From contig CM060734.1 in the NCBI GenBank assembly GCA_030704615.1, forward strand, positions 35,650,001-35,714,000: DNA of 64,000 nucleotides, written 5' to 3'. The first letter of the stretch is position 1, and every line of letters starts with the position of its first letter. Under the pieces are notes generated by a model that had not been told where the DNA came from, ran no database searches, and worked only from the letters and a program-made list of their open reading frames with translations. The position numbers and the translations under genes were made by a program. This stretch comes from Takakia lepidozioides. Taxonomy: Eukaryota; Plantae; Bryophyta. Shown in pieces: positions 26,026-37,960 of the stretch.

Positions 26026-28954
26026 ATGGATGTTTTCTTGGAAAGATGCTAGTGTCTTGCTTCATTCATTGATCTGTGTAGCTACTCAGACCATCCACCA
26101 TTTCCTGAGAGTACTGACCATCATGTACTGTTGAGTACAAGATGCAAGTGTCTTGCTTCATTCATTGATCTGTGTAGCTAATCAGACCATCCACCATTTC
26201 CTGATAGTGGGGTCTACCCGGCATAGGTGGGAAGTCAGCCCACAATTGCACTTGACTGAAGGGGTCATTTTTTACTGATTCGGGTGACAGTGGATGGAAA
26301 TCAGAGTGCCGTCCTATTTTTGGGTTTGGGTGGTGGAGCTTCTCCAAAGCTTGAAGATGGAAGTGAATACGAATTTTAATGAGCTTGATGAGAGGGGCAG
26401 CCCTATGCACAAGTTTGTTCAGCATATTAAATTTGGACATGTTTGTTTGTTTCTCGTGGTGTGGCTTTGGATGAAGCCCTTGTGTCAAAAGCTAGGCTTA
26501 ACCCACCAAGATCTAATCCCATGGTGGATGCTTGAAAGTTCATATAGTGAATGTAAGGGTATTGGGGTATGTTGTTATTGATTGATGCGGCTTGTGAAAA
26601 TTGAACCTTGAAATGCAGATCCGCCATTTTTCTTCCAGAAAAAAAAAAAAAAAAAAAACACGAGATCTCTGCATGTAACACAGTGGGGATGACCCACCTC
26701 TTTTTTTGTGAAAAATTGAAGGTAGTTCTCAGAATTCGTCGCTAAGAGTGCGAAGCAACGCGAAGCCCTAGTGTTTATATACAATCAAACCACTTATGTT
26801 GTGCATGTATGTGTAATAGGTGTGTTGGTTAGTGTATAATGATTTAATGATGTTGTAATGAGGAGGTCTTAGGTTCAAATGTGCATTGTCTAGTAATGTG
26901 TGGGATGGTGTATGGTCAACCATTGACCTGGGATGGGGCGGTCAAGGCATATTTCAAATTTTGAATTTTTGAGCCGCCAAGATTTAAATTTGATTTTGAA
27001 TTTTGAATTTGCCACATTGTCAAGCAGGGTGTAAGATAAGCTGTCAAAAAATCTAGTCGAAACGGATGTAAGAAAAGCCAGTCCAGCGGGTCTTACAAAA
27101 GATAATAACCTCCCAATACTGGATTGAACCGCTAGTCACGGAGGTATAATCTGTCGCTTTAGCCATTAGACTAATATGCAATTCTTGGAAAACAATGTAG
27201 TTACTAACTAGTTCAACAATTCTTATCTGCCTACAGAACAAACTGATTAGTTCAGACTGAAAGTGCTACTTCAAAAATTAATAAATGGGAACCTACTACT
27301 CTGATCTGAATCCTATTAATTTCTATGGAATGTACTATCTTGATGCTATGTTTTCAATGCAATCTAGCCTGAAAACCTTACATGGACAACATACTAACTC
27401 AACTCAATTTATTTCATTTGTTTTTATTTTTTTGCTTGAGAGAATTAGAACCTATATGAACTAAACTAAGTCCCATGTTCTTGCAAATAAGTGTGCAGAC
27501 GGAAAAGATCAACTTCAAAAATTTATACGTGAAGATTGATTGGTCAGATCTAAATAGCGTTATTTGTGATTGAGAGCATTATCCTCAATCTTTGTTGTCA
27601 ATAAGAACTAGCCCACAAATTTCACAGGAGAAACATTTTAAACCGGCTCGCTATTTGCCAAAACAAACTCGTTACCTTGAACAAAAACAAAACAAAATCC
27701 TACTTCTCCCGGGGCGATTTATCAGATTGGCAGGGACAACTTGGTTGTGGTTGGTATATCGCCTTCAGGTTGCCACACAACGGCAGTAGCAATTTCCTTT
27801 GTCTCTTTGATTCTGTTTGTTGTTCAATGATAGGCTTCATGCCTTGAGTTTAAATTACGATGTACTACCGAGAGCGGTAAACCCTTCACATGACAGGTTT
27901 AGAGAAGTTTCCCGCAATATATCATTTTCATCATACAATCTCCTGACCAGAGAGACATGGTTGTGGACACTAAAGCCTGGCCTGACTGTCTTTAAAGCTA
28001 GAATCCCACGTTACACTGGAGTTGTATGTATTATGGTATATTCGGATATTCTTTAGGATATTCTTTGCTAGTATTAGTGGGATACTCCAGCAAATATCTC
28101 GGAATATTTTTAGAATATTCTTGGAATATTCTTGGACCCGAGCCTGACCCGAGTCAGCTGCTCACCGCTCACGCTCACGACTTATCCGCCCCCTTCTTGT
28201 GGCAGGTCTCTACCTATCATGAGTGCTTCCTTGATCTTCCTTATGAGATTATTAGATCTACCCCTCTCCACAATTCTCTCTAGAAATAGCGCGATAGAAG
28301 CGCGACCCAATTATCCACAACGTAAGCATGAAGTAAAATTCATGATCGATTGTTTACTGTTGAGACTTCATTACAGGTTAAAGCAACAAACTTAACAAAC
28401 CAATATAAGCATCCCTTTGTGGCTTCGATATATTAACAGTGTGCATATATTCAGCCATTGACCACCTTATCGTATCAGTCTAGTGTTTCTTTGGGTTTCT
28501 TAGACCATTCAAGAAATCAAATAGCCATTTATATTTACATTACTTATACTTTGTCATAGAACACCCATAATGGAGGATGTGAAACACAGTGGTAAACTAA
28601 ACGACATTTATTTTTCTTTCATTTGCCACTACATTGGTTATGTGGGTTGAGACTAACTCGCGACTGCGGTAGGCCAACAACATCACCATTTTTGCATGCT
28701 TTACAATCTTTGATAAAGTAAAAATCATCTTTTCTTATTGAACCATCAATCTTCCGGCCTGTTAGCCTTCCTACACCCAACCTATTTTTGCATGTTGTCC
28801 CATTTAGGGCCAAGAAGTTTCGTCTTTCCCTTTGTTTCCAATACCACAATTAGGGGGTTTGTGACGCCCGCGACGTTATCATGTAAGCACCTTACGAGGA
28901 TACTGCACTGGCCGGGTTTAGAACGGTTTTTTCTTCAAACCTTCACTAAAAGTT

Positions 28955-30085
28955 CACCTCTTGGCCCTTTTCCAGGGCTGCCAGGTTTGGACACGCACTG
29001 CAAACGCACACAAACGTGATGTCGTTGGGCTTCACTCCTTCCCCTATCATTTGCTCATAGGTCTCCAAAGCCTCCATCCCACGCCCCTGTTGTGCATACC
29101 CCTGCAAGCATCGTGTATTACAACACCACATCTTGTTCAGCCATAGTGTTGACATACATGTCCACCAGGGCAATGTTTAGGATGACATCTGGTACAATTC
29201 CAGCTTTGACGATGTCACCATGGACCTCTTTCCCCTTTTCCAGAGCTCCCAGGCTTGCACACACATTGCAAACACAAACAAATGTGATGTGGTTGGTTTT
29301 CACCCCTTCGCACACGTTTGTTCATAGGTCTCCAAAGCCTCCATCCCGCACCCTTGCTGTGCATATCTAGCAATCATCACACTCCACGACACCACATCAC
29401 GTTCAGCCATACTGTCAAACACTCCATTTGCATCCTCGATGCACCCACATTTGACATACATGTCCACCAGGGTAGTGTTCAAAATGACATCGGGTACAAT
29501 TCCAGATTTGATAATGTCACCATGGACCTCTTTGCACTTTTCCAGGGCTGCCAGGCTTGCACACGCATTGCAAATGCAAACAAACGTCATGTGGTTGGGC
29601 TTCACCCCTTTCGCACATCATTTGCTCATAGGTCTCTAAAGCCTCCATCCCGCGCGCTTGCTGTGCATATCCTACAATCATCGCAGTCCACGACACCACA
29701 TCTCGTTCAGCCATACTGTCAAACACTCCATACATGTCCACGAGGGTATTGTTCAGAATGACATTTGGTACAACTGCAGCTCTGACCATGTCGCCATGGA
29801 CTCTTTGCCCTTTTCCAGAGCTGCCAGGCTTGCACACGCATTGCAAATGCACAAAAACGTGATGTGGTCGGGCTTCACCCCTTCCCCCATCATTTGATGA
29901 TATGTCTCCAAGGCCTCCTTACCACGTCCCTGCTGTGGATACCCTGCAAGTATCGTGTTCCATGACACCACATCTCGTTCAGCCATAGTGTTGAAAACTC
30001 CCTTCTCATCCTTAATGCACCCACATTTGGCATTCATGTCCACCGGGGTAGTGTTCACAATGACATCTGCAACCACTTTAAGCCT
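28955..30085 (-). pseudogene. PLS-class PPR repeat array, degenerate
   Basis: About four ~300-bp triplets: LVDMYxKCG..VFDSMAERDVVSW..GYAQQG..EALETYEQM..GVKPNHITFVCVCNACASLAALEKG, with frameshifts. Confidence 0.9.
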
Positions 30086-30628
30086 GTATGACCAAAAACC
30101 AGCATGCAACCATCTTTGCCTAGACTATGCTGAGAAGGCCTGTATGCTCCTCTCCCATGAATAAAGCTTGACACCATGGCATTCTTCATCCTTCTTCAGA
30201 TGTCCAGGCAGTATGCAAAAGAGCCTGAGGTCTGCTTATCCTTTGCTGGGTCTATGACGAACAATAAGGTATGGCATGTGTGACAAACCAGATTTGACAT
30301 AATTGTGTTCTCATGGATACTACAGAGGGTTATCTAGAGAAGTATTATATAACGGTGGGCTCAGACCACGCAATCGGCTCCAAAAAAGTGTCTCATGGTG
30401 ACCACCCCTTCAAGGGTATACTAAAGCCACTGTTTGCAGCAAATGGCCCACGAGTACAATAGGTGGGGAATGGCCAAAAGGCTCCAGCAACCACCATCAA
30501 ATCTGTTCATTCTTGCTCGCTTGGCACAGTCTAATAGACCCAGCACACATTCTCTCCTGCTTGTAAAACAAGATCCCCCGTTCAATTAAGCTGGGCCCAG
30601 AAGCACGTACTTGATTTTTTGTTTGTTT

Positions 30629-32200
30629 TTAAAAAACTGTATGGCAGGGGTGCCCATAATACCACCAGCCCTCTGCAATTTCAAGATCTTCTTCAATGTC
30701 GATCTCCACAAAATGGATGTCCTGCGCATACTCATCAATGACCTGCCGGAACGCAAAGAAGCCAGTCAAGAAAGTTAGAGGGAACAGTGGATTGCATGGG
30801 GCCTTGCAGTGTTCCATGTTGTTAAATTATGTACAATTTGTGTACACCAAATCTACTAAAGAAGTTGGCATGGCACAACACAACAGCTCTAGACTGGCGT
30901 GCACATGACTTTAATCACCTTTTCCAACGATGTGTAAGGAATGTAGTTCATACCTACCGTGAAAGTTGTGTCATCGTATATATGTAATTTTAACTGGGGA
31001 AACTGAGGGAGGTTTATTTGGGGTTTGGAGATGGAGAGAGTGTCACATTCGTGTGAAAGCCAAACTGTACCTTATTAAGAATAGGTTTGAGTGTTCCGCA
31101 AGGCCCGCAAGTAGGTGAAGTGTACAGGACCCCAAGCAACCGAGGGCTCTCATGATACAGTTTCCTTAGCGCGTACTGTATAAAAGGAAGACAATTAGAG
31201 GACTCTTTGATGGATACAATACTACAAAACACTGTTGCTTTATTGGATTCTTTCACTCAAACACAATGGACCCACCTCTCAGTTCATGCTCAAATCAAAG
31301 GCTCTGTTGCGTTGAAATCGATAAAAAGAAGAGAGTGGTCATCAAATCACCATCACTGGTACAGTAACTGGGCCCTAAACTTGCTGAAATATGTTCATGC
31401 CTAAGCAGACTGGGCAAGAAAAGGAGAAGAGTGAGAGAAAAACAAGAAACGAAAGAGGACATCCATCTAAGCCACGCTACTCACATACCTGGCCTTTATG
31501 CTTAGTAAGTGTAATATCAAAGCCCATATCAACATCCTCTGGTGTGAGTTCCTTCTTAACAACCTCCTCTTGCGTCCACTGCCACCAAACAAGTCCCACT
31601 TTCATCGTCAAAAATTCAACATGTTTGGCAGAAATTAATGTGTGCTTGCAAACTCAGCCAAACCAACTTAGCATGTCCAATGATAAGCATGAAATTGCCT
31701 GAAATTATAACGCCACCCGACAATCCACCAACTTAGCATGTCCAATGATAAGCATGAAATTGCCTGAAATTATAACGCCACCCGACAATCCCTCTGTGTT
31801 GTGGAGAAAAAAGGTAGGGGACATGGAGCAACAAAATGCAAAATATAATAATACCTTACTAAAATAAAACCAGCCTGGACTTCTAACTTTCTATAGAGGG
31901 TAACCCAGTGGTTGGGTATTTGTGCCTTGCCTTTGCATAACCTAGGTGATCCTGGGTTCAATCCTTCAACATGTGCCTTCAGACCGTCCAATGGGCCTTT
32001 GGCCCGGGTGTTGAGCAGTAGGCTCTGTAAATTCACTGGATGTTAAAGAAACTTTATCTTTATCTTTATAGAGGGTAACAAGTGTACCTGGTGGAACTCC
32101 TCAAGAAGATCATTACTGGTCAAATAGCGCTCAACAGACAATGCTGCCATGCAGCCAGACCCAACAGCTGTAATTGCCTGCCTCCACTCATGATCCTGTT
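30629..32200 (-). pseudogene. NTRC: NADPH-thioredoxin reductase C, 3' part only, with introns retained
   Basis: Exons [26 protein letters not shown]; GFDITLTKHKGQ; [26 protein letters not shown]; VIDEY..HFVEIDIEED. Frameshift in the last exon and no 5' exons seen. Confidence 0.85.
31898..31980 (+). repeat. tRNA-derived SINE-like head
   Basis: A-box-like TAACCCAGTGG and B-box-like GGTTCAATCC at pol III spacing; no cloverleaf. Confidence 0.35.
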
Positions 32201-32644
32201 CATGATTTCCAAAAACAAACCCTTAGCTATCCATGCTCAAAGTGCACCCCACCTTGAAAGATTTGCTCCTCCAGTCATATGTCCCTTCATCAGTGTTGCA
32301 CTACCAAAACTAAGAGGACACTACAACACACCCTACGTTATTTCGACGATTTAGTTTGACGCTGGCGTTGACTGTTGTCACTTTCGACTGTTCCAACCAT
32401 TTTGCAGTCAAAATTTATATTAAAATATTCGAGATGCTAGACAACCGCGAAAATTTTGACTGTAGTGAGAGATTTTGACTACCTAAAATGAGCTGACTGA
32501 GACAACCGGTTAAGCAATGGCATGTGTAATCACAATATATAAACTATATATAACAATATATACGTGGATAATAAGAAGTAAAAACATTTAACTATTTTTT
32601 CACTGACCCAGCACATTAATAGTAAACTATTCGTGTGCTGGTTA

Positions 32645-32890
32645 AGGTTAGTGAAACAAAACAACTGAATTATCTTAACGAATGATAAACAAACGCCTTG
32701 CTGACAGCTATTGGATGAACGTATGAAAGGTTAGTGAAAGAGAACAACTGAATTATCTGAATGAATGATAAACAAATGCCTTGCTGGCAGCTGTTGGATG
32801 AACGTATGAAATATAATTTGTGTGCACTTGATGAACGTATGAATGAACGATAAAGCAAACGCCTTGCTGGCAACTATTGGATGAACGGAA
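32645..32890. repeat. Degenerate ~80-bp tandem repeat
   Basis: AACGCCTTGCTG-CAGCTATTGGATGAACGTATGAA about three times. Confidence 0.75.
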
Positions 32891-33840
32891 AATTAAATGG
32901 ATGGATTGATAGATTGATGGGAAACCCAAAATCCATCCATCTACGATACATTCATCCAAATAATTCAAAATGGATTTAGGGTTGCGGGATTGCGTTCACC
33001 GATGAGTAAGTTATGGGACTTGATCGTTTTGCTGTGTTTGAGTGGGAGGATCTGCAGGATATGCAATAGCTTGGGTGGACAACCGCAATCGCAAGATGTG
33101 GCTTTTCTTAATGTACGATGTGAAGATGTTTGTCCATCCTGCAAATGTGGGCTCTTAGTATCATGATTTGGTATTCTTCCTGATGTTTACAACGTTCTTG
33201 GGAGAGTCGGCTTGGTCTTAGCAGGCCGTGTTTCAATCTCCGCCCGCTCAGCTGCATCGTGGTGGTTCTCGCAGACCAATCCTCTCGCAGACCAATCCGA
33301 CATTACCTGACTACAGACACAAGCAGCACAACAAGAGGTGGTCAGTCAAATCCTCGATGGGTCATGACACAAGGTCGAGGACAATGTGGTGTGTCTCTCT
33401 TACGAGCGCCATTTGCTCAAGACAATATTCAAAGTTTGCATTGACGTGTTCTTCATGGCAAGCTCTTTGCTAGCGATAGTCACATAACTCGTTCTGGGCC
33501 CTGTGAAATTACCTCTGTTGTGGAGGAAGGAGTTCTTAGAAAATCACTGGAAAGGGTACCATGCCATTGCATATTTTCACACCACTTGAGAAAGCTCTAC
33601 AACCATCCACATGTGGGTCGAAGTTCCCACTGGAGGGTGTTTAGAAGGTCTGAAAATTGGTAGTAAGTCATGTACATGTTCTGATTTCCTTATCAATGAT
33701 GGCATATGAAGCTGAAGCCAGGGTTATGCAGGGTGGGTGAGACAGTTCCCCGAACCCCAACTGTGGGCTAGTGTAAAATCAATCTGGACTGGATCTGTGT
33801 GAGTGCATTATTTTTTACACTGAGAATATTTTGCAAGCAG

Positions 33841-33939
33841 GAATTCACAGAATTTCAAGGTGTCGAGGAGACTATCTCTTTCATATCTGACTACATGAAG
33901 ATGCATGGGCCCTTTGATGGCCTTGTTGGTTTCTCTCAG
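33841..33939 (+). pseudogene. Isolated exon of an FSH1/OVCA2-type serine hydrolase
   Basis: AG|EFTEFQGVEETISFISDYMKMHGPFDGLVGFSQ|GT; GPFDGxxGFSQ is the family nucleophile motif; no neighbouring exons recognised. Confidence 0.75.
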
Positions 33940-34259
33940 GTAATCACTCCTTCCATCTTTTCTACCTTCTTTACAAAGTCCCTTTGCCATATATTAGATG
34001 GCAGGGACTTACCCATGAGTGTTATGCATTTACCTTTACATGGACGTTGTAACCTTGCAGCCATAGGTCCCAACAGTTGGGAGTCCTCAATGTTGGTTGA
34101 CAATCTAACTTCGAAATATTTGAGATGGATGCCCTGCCTGGCAGACTGGTGGTGACTGTTTTATGGGTTGTTGCCAAAAGCTATGGCAGGTGGTCTTGTA
34201 GTTGGCAAGAATGAGGTGGATAATGAACTTCATCATGAGAGAGTGTACTGATAAGACAT

Positions 34260-35160
34260 TGTTTGCAGTAGCCTTGTGGCCATAGATGCGCGCACATTGT
34301 GTGTGAGAGAGATTGTACTCATAAGACGTTGTTTGCCGTAGCCTTGTGGCCATTGACCCCGCGCCCAGTTTGAGCGGGAACAAAAGGGACAAAACCTACC
34401 TCTGTCAGGGGCTGACGTTGGTAGTAAGACTTACCTTCATATAAAGAATTAATCCGGGGTTTTCAGATATACTCTAGAAATCCCTTCACACAAGCATCAA
34501 TCTGCTGTGTGTGATTTGCCTCTAAATCAGATTTATCCAGCAGGGTCAAGACTTGCGGATCCAGGTCCAGGACCTTGAGAATCTCTTCTACTCTCTTCTG
34601 CCAGGACTTAGCCTGTTTGACAGGGCGGTCCTGTTTCCAAGATATAGAGTTGATTAACTTATGATATCTGGTGTTGGGCATATGTTGCAGCTGACCCCAC
34701 CATCTGACCTTGAATTCATCTCGTCGGGAGCTTAAGGACGGAATGCCAAACTCACCCCGAACAGCCACATTGGTTGTTTTGGAGCATGCTGACATACACT
34801 CCTTAAGCACCCCCACTTGAATGGATTCTAGAGACTTAGCCTGGTTGGAGTTATCAACCCATATAGCAGATCCGTACTCCAAGGCAGGTCTAATAACGCG
34901 GCAAAGCATGGTTTTCTTAACCTCAGAGTTGCCCCCCTGCAGTGGAAAAATTTAGTGAGCCCCAGAGCTTTGCCCTTGCCAGTTTGAACAACTTTCCGGA
35001 TGTGTGCATCCCAATTACAATTGGAGGAAAATTCAACTCCCAGGTAAGTGTAGGAAGGGAGGACCGGGATCTCTTGGCTACCCCACTGCCACTTAAGATC
35101 ACTTCCTCCCTCTCCTCTGTTGTTGAATGCTACCACTGCACATTTGCTGACAGTAGCCTC
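34260..35160 (-). mobile_element. 5'-truncated LINE (RT thumb region plus 3' tail)
   Basis: ANVSKCAVV..YTYLGV..WDAHI; IRPALEYGSAIW..LESIQ..VAVRGEFG..LSSRR; frameshifted. Confidence 0.8.
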
Positions 35161-37139
35161 TAGCCCCCAAAGATCAAATTATCGCTTCTCGGTTGTGTGT
35201 GAGAGAGAGAAGGAGAGAGAGAAGGTAGAATGTGCTAGTTGAAAGGAGAAATACAGGTCTAGAGAGGGATCAAGCAGATCTCACTTGTTCCTTCTCTTCA
35301 ACCACTAGATCTATCAAGTAGGAGATTACCACAATTAGCCAATGAGGAGGATTGAAGGGAACCCACACCAAAATACACCCAACCTCTGCCAAAGATGAAA
35401 CACTTGCAGTGCCCCACCATTGCCACGAGCTGTTTTGTCTCTATGCAACGTTTGCTGTTTTTTGATCCAAAATTTCATGTCTGGGGGTCCTTGAGGCCCC
35501 CTGTTTTGGGAATATCATGCTTCTCACAGTTGCTTGTGTGAAACAAAGTAGATTCACTGTGCCGCAAGTAGGCCACAGATTTGGCTCATTGACTAACCTG
35601 CTTTGAGGCATACTATGTGGGGAAATACTTTCCTGATTTCACTCACAAAATGGGCAGGAGTTAAGTTTGAGAGAGCATAAGAAATTTGGGAGCTGAAGAA
35701 TATTAGCACAAAGTGTCTTTATACAACATACATAAATGTACATTGTTGATGTGTAGCTGTAGAAAAGGATGCAGGAGATAATCAGGTCTATCAGATAATA
35801 TTTCACTTCTCTTTATTACCCTTGACTCTGATGAACTCAATTGCCCTGGTCCTAGAGGGGTGCAATGGCCTACCCAGGATGTCAAGTTAAACTCTGTTCC
35901 AAGGTCGTCGTGTTACTGACAATACGGGTTGTCTATTGATGTGTAGGGGGCAGTCCTGTCCGCAGCTCTTGCAGGCCTTCAAGAGAAGGTATGTTTCTCA
36001 ATGACATAAGGCACCTTCTTCGACGTCTTTCAGCCTGTTTTGCCCGCTCATCAGACTCGGCCCTGAATTTGCAGCACGGAGCAGAGCAGGCATGAATTTT
36101 GTAAAGATCCTTCACGATGGTGCGACAACCGCAATCGCAAGGTGTGGCTTTTTCTTAATGTACGATGTGAAGAAGTTTGTCCATCATATAAATGTGGGCT
36201 GTTGGCTCCTGTTAGTACCATGATTTGGTATTCTTCCTGATGTTTACAAGGTTCTTGAGGGAGAGCTTGGTCTTAGCAGGTCGTGTTTCAATCTCTGCTC
36301 AGCTGCACCGTGGTTGTTCTCACAAACCAATCCGACAGTTCTTGACGATGGACACAAGCAGCACACACAAGAGGATCTTTGGGTTGATGGTCTGTCAAAT
36401 CCTCCATGGGTCATGACACAAGGTCAAGGTCGACAATGTGGTGAGGGCACCTTCTTCTTCAACCTATTTCTGCCTGTTTTACCCTCTCATCAGACTCGGC
36501 CCTGAGATACATATTGAATTCTGTAAGTTAGCTTGTTGGGTGGATCTGTGGTGGTTAGGAGTGACTTTGACAAGTTACTGCCGATGTGGCAGCAGGAAAG
36601 TATCCAAAAACAGATAACATAGATTAGGAGAAGCTCGTTGGTGGATCTATGGTGGTTTTGGAGTGATTTTGACATGTTACTGTAGGTAGGGTTAGGGCGT
36701 CAGTGTCAGCTGCTTCAGCTGCTAGCTGCAGCAAGGCAAGGATGTGTGCATGATTTGTGCAGAGGTCTGGATAGCTGAAGGAGCAGGGATAGAGTGTGGG
36801 TCCAGATTCATCCAAGAGGGCCGAATTTCAAGCTCCAGATTACCTATGATTCCCTGTGGAAGGATAGCTACACGAAACCTGCATGGGTAGATGGTGAACT
36901 GGAAGCCACAGCACCAACGGCTCAATTGATAAAATCAGGCACTGCTAATGAAGGTACCTTCTTCAACAGATTTCACCCTGTTTTTCCCTCTTATCAGAAT
37001 TGGCCCTAAATTTTCGTGTTGAATTCTGATACTTTTCTGACCCCAGGCAATGGCGGGACAATCGAGGCAAAAAGGTGAATGCTTGTTGGATTACAAAGAG
37101 TAGCAGATGCAATTGACCATAGGAACTAGTGTGATAAGT

Positions 37140-37960
37140 TGACATGTATGCCCTGGTGGACATGTATGCCCAATGTGGGTGCATTGAGGATGCAAAGCAA
37201 GGAACTTATGTGTACTCTGTTTATATACTGGGTTGGCAGGGAGGCTTTGGAGATTGTGAATGGGTGATGCTTGCAGGGTATGCTTGCAGGGACTTGGTAT
37301 GGAGGCTTTGGAGACCTATGATCAAATATTGATGGGGGAAGGGGTGAAGCCCAACCACATCACGTTGCAGCATACTGGTACTTCACAGCCATGGCGGCTC
37401 TCTCAGCCCCTCCATTTTTTTTTCTTTTGGTTTTTTTGGCGCTGGGAGAGAGCAGCAGCTCTGCTGTCTCCTCCCCCTTGCTTATGCCGATCGTTAAAGG
37501 GGAAATTGTCATTCTGAACTCTGCCTTGGTGGACATGTATGCCAAATGTGGGTGCAGCAAGCCTGATGTGAAGGGAAAGTTTGACAATATGGCTGAACGA
37601 GTTGTGGTATTTTGGAGTGCCATGATTGCAAGGTATGTGCAGCATGGGTATTAAGGCTTTGGAAACATAAGAGCAAATGATGTAGGAAGGGATGAAGCCA
37701 GACCAGGCCGTCATGTTCATTTGTTTTTGTAATATGCATATGCGAGCCTAGCAGCCCTGGGAAGGGGCAAAGAGGTTTATGGTGACATTATCCAAGCTGG
37801 AATTGTACCAGATGTCATTCTGAACATTCCCATGGTGTATATCTACGTCAAATGTGAGCCTGGCAGCCATTAAAAGGGCACAAAGGTCCATGATGACATC
37901 GTCAAAGCTGGAGTTGTCACTCTAAACACTGCCTTGGTGGATATGTATTTCAAGGCAGCC
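37140..37960 (+). pseudogene. PLS-class PPR remnant
   Basis: ALVDMYAQCGCIEDA, GVKPNHIT, LVDMYAKCG, with stops and frameshifts. Confidence 0.85.

Noticed and set aside
26820-26885. tRNA-like sequence
   Set aside because: Only a B-box-like GGTTCAAAT; no cloverleaf.
32299-32467. Possible CACTA mini-element (CACTAC...GTAGTG)
   Set aside because: TIR match is only 6-7 bp and there is no 3-bp TSD.
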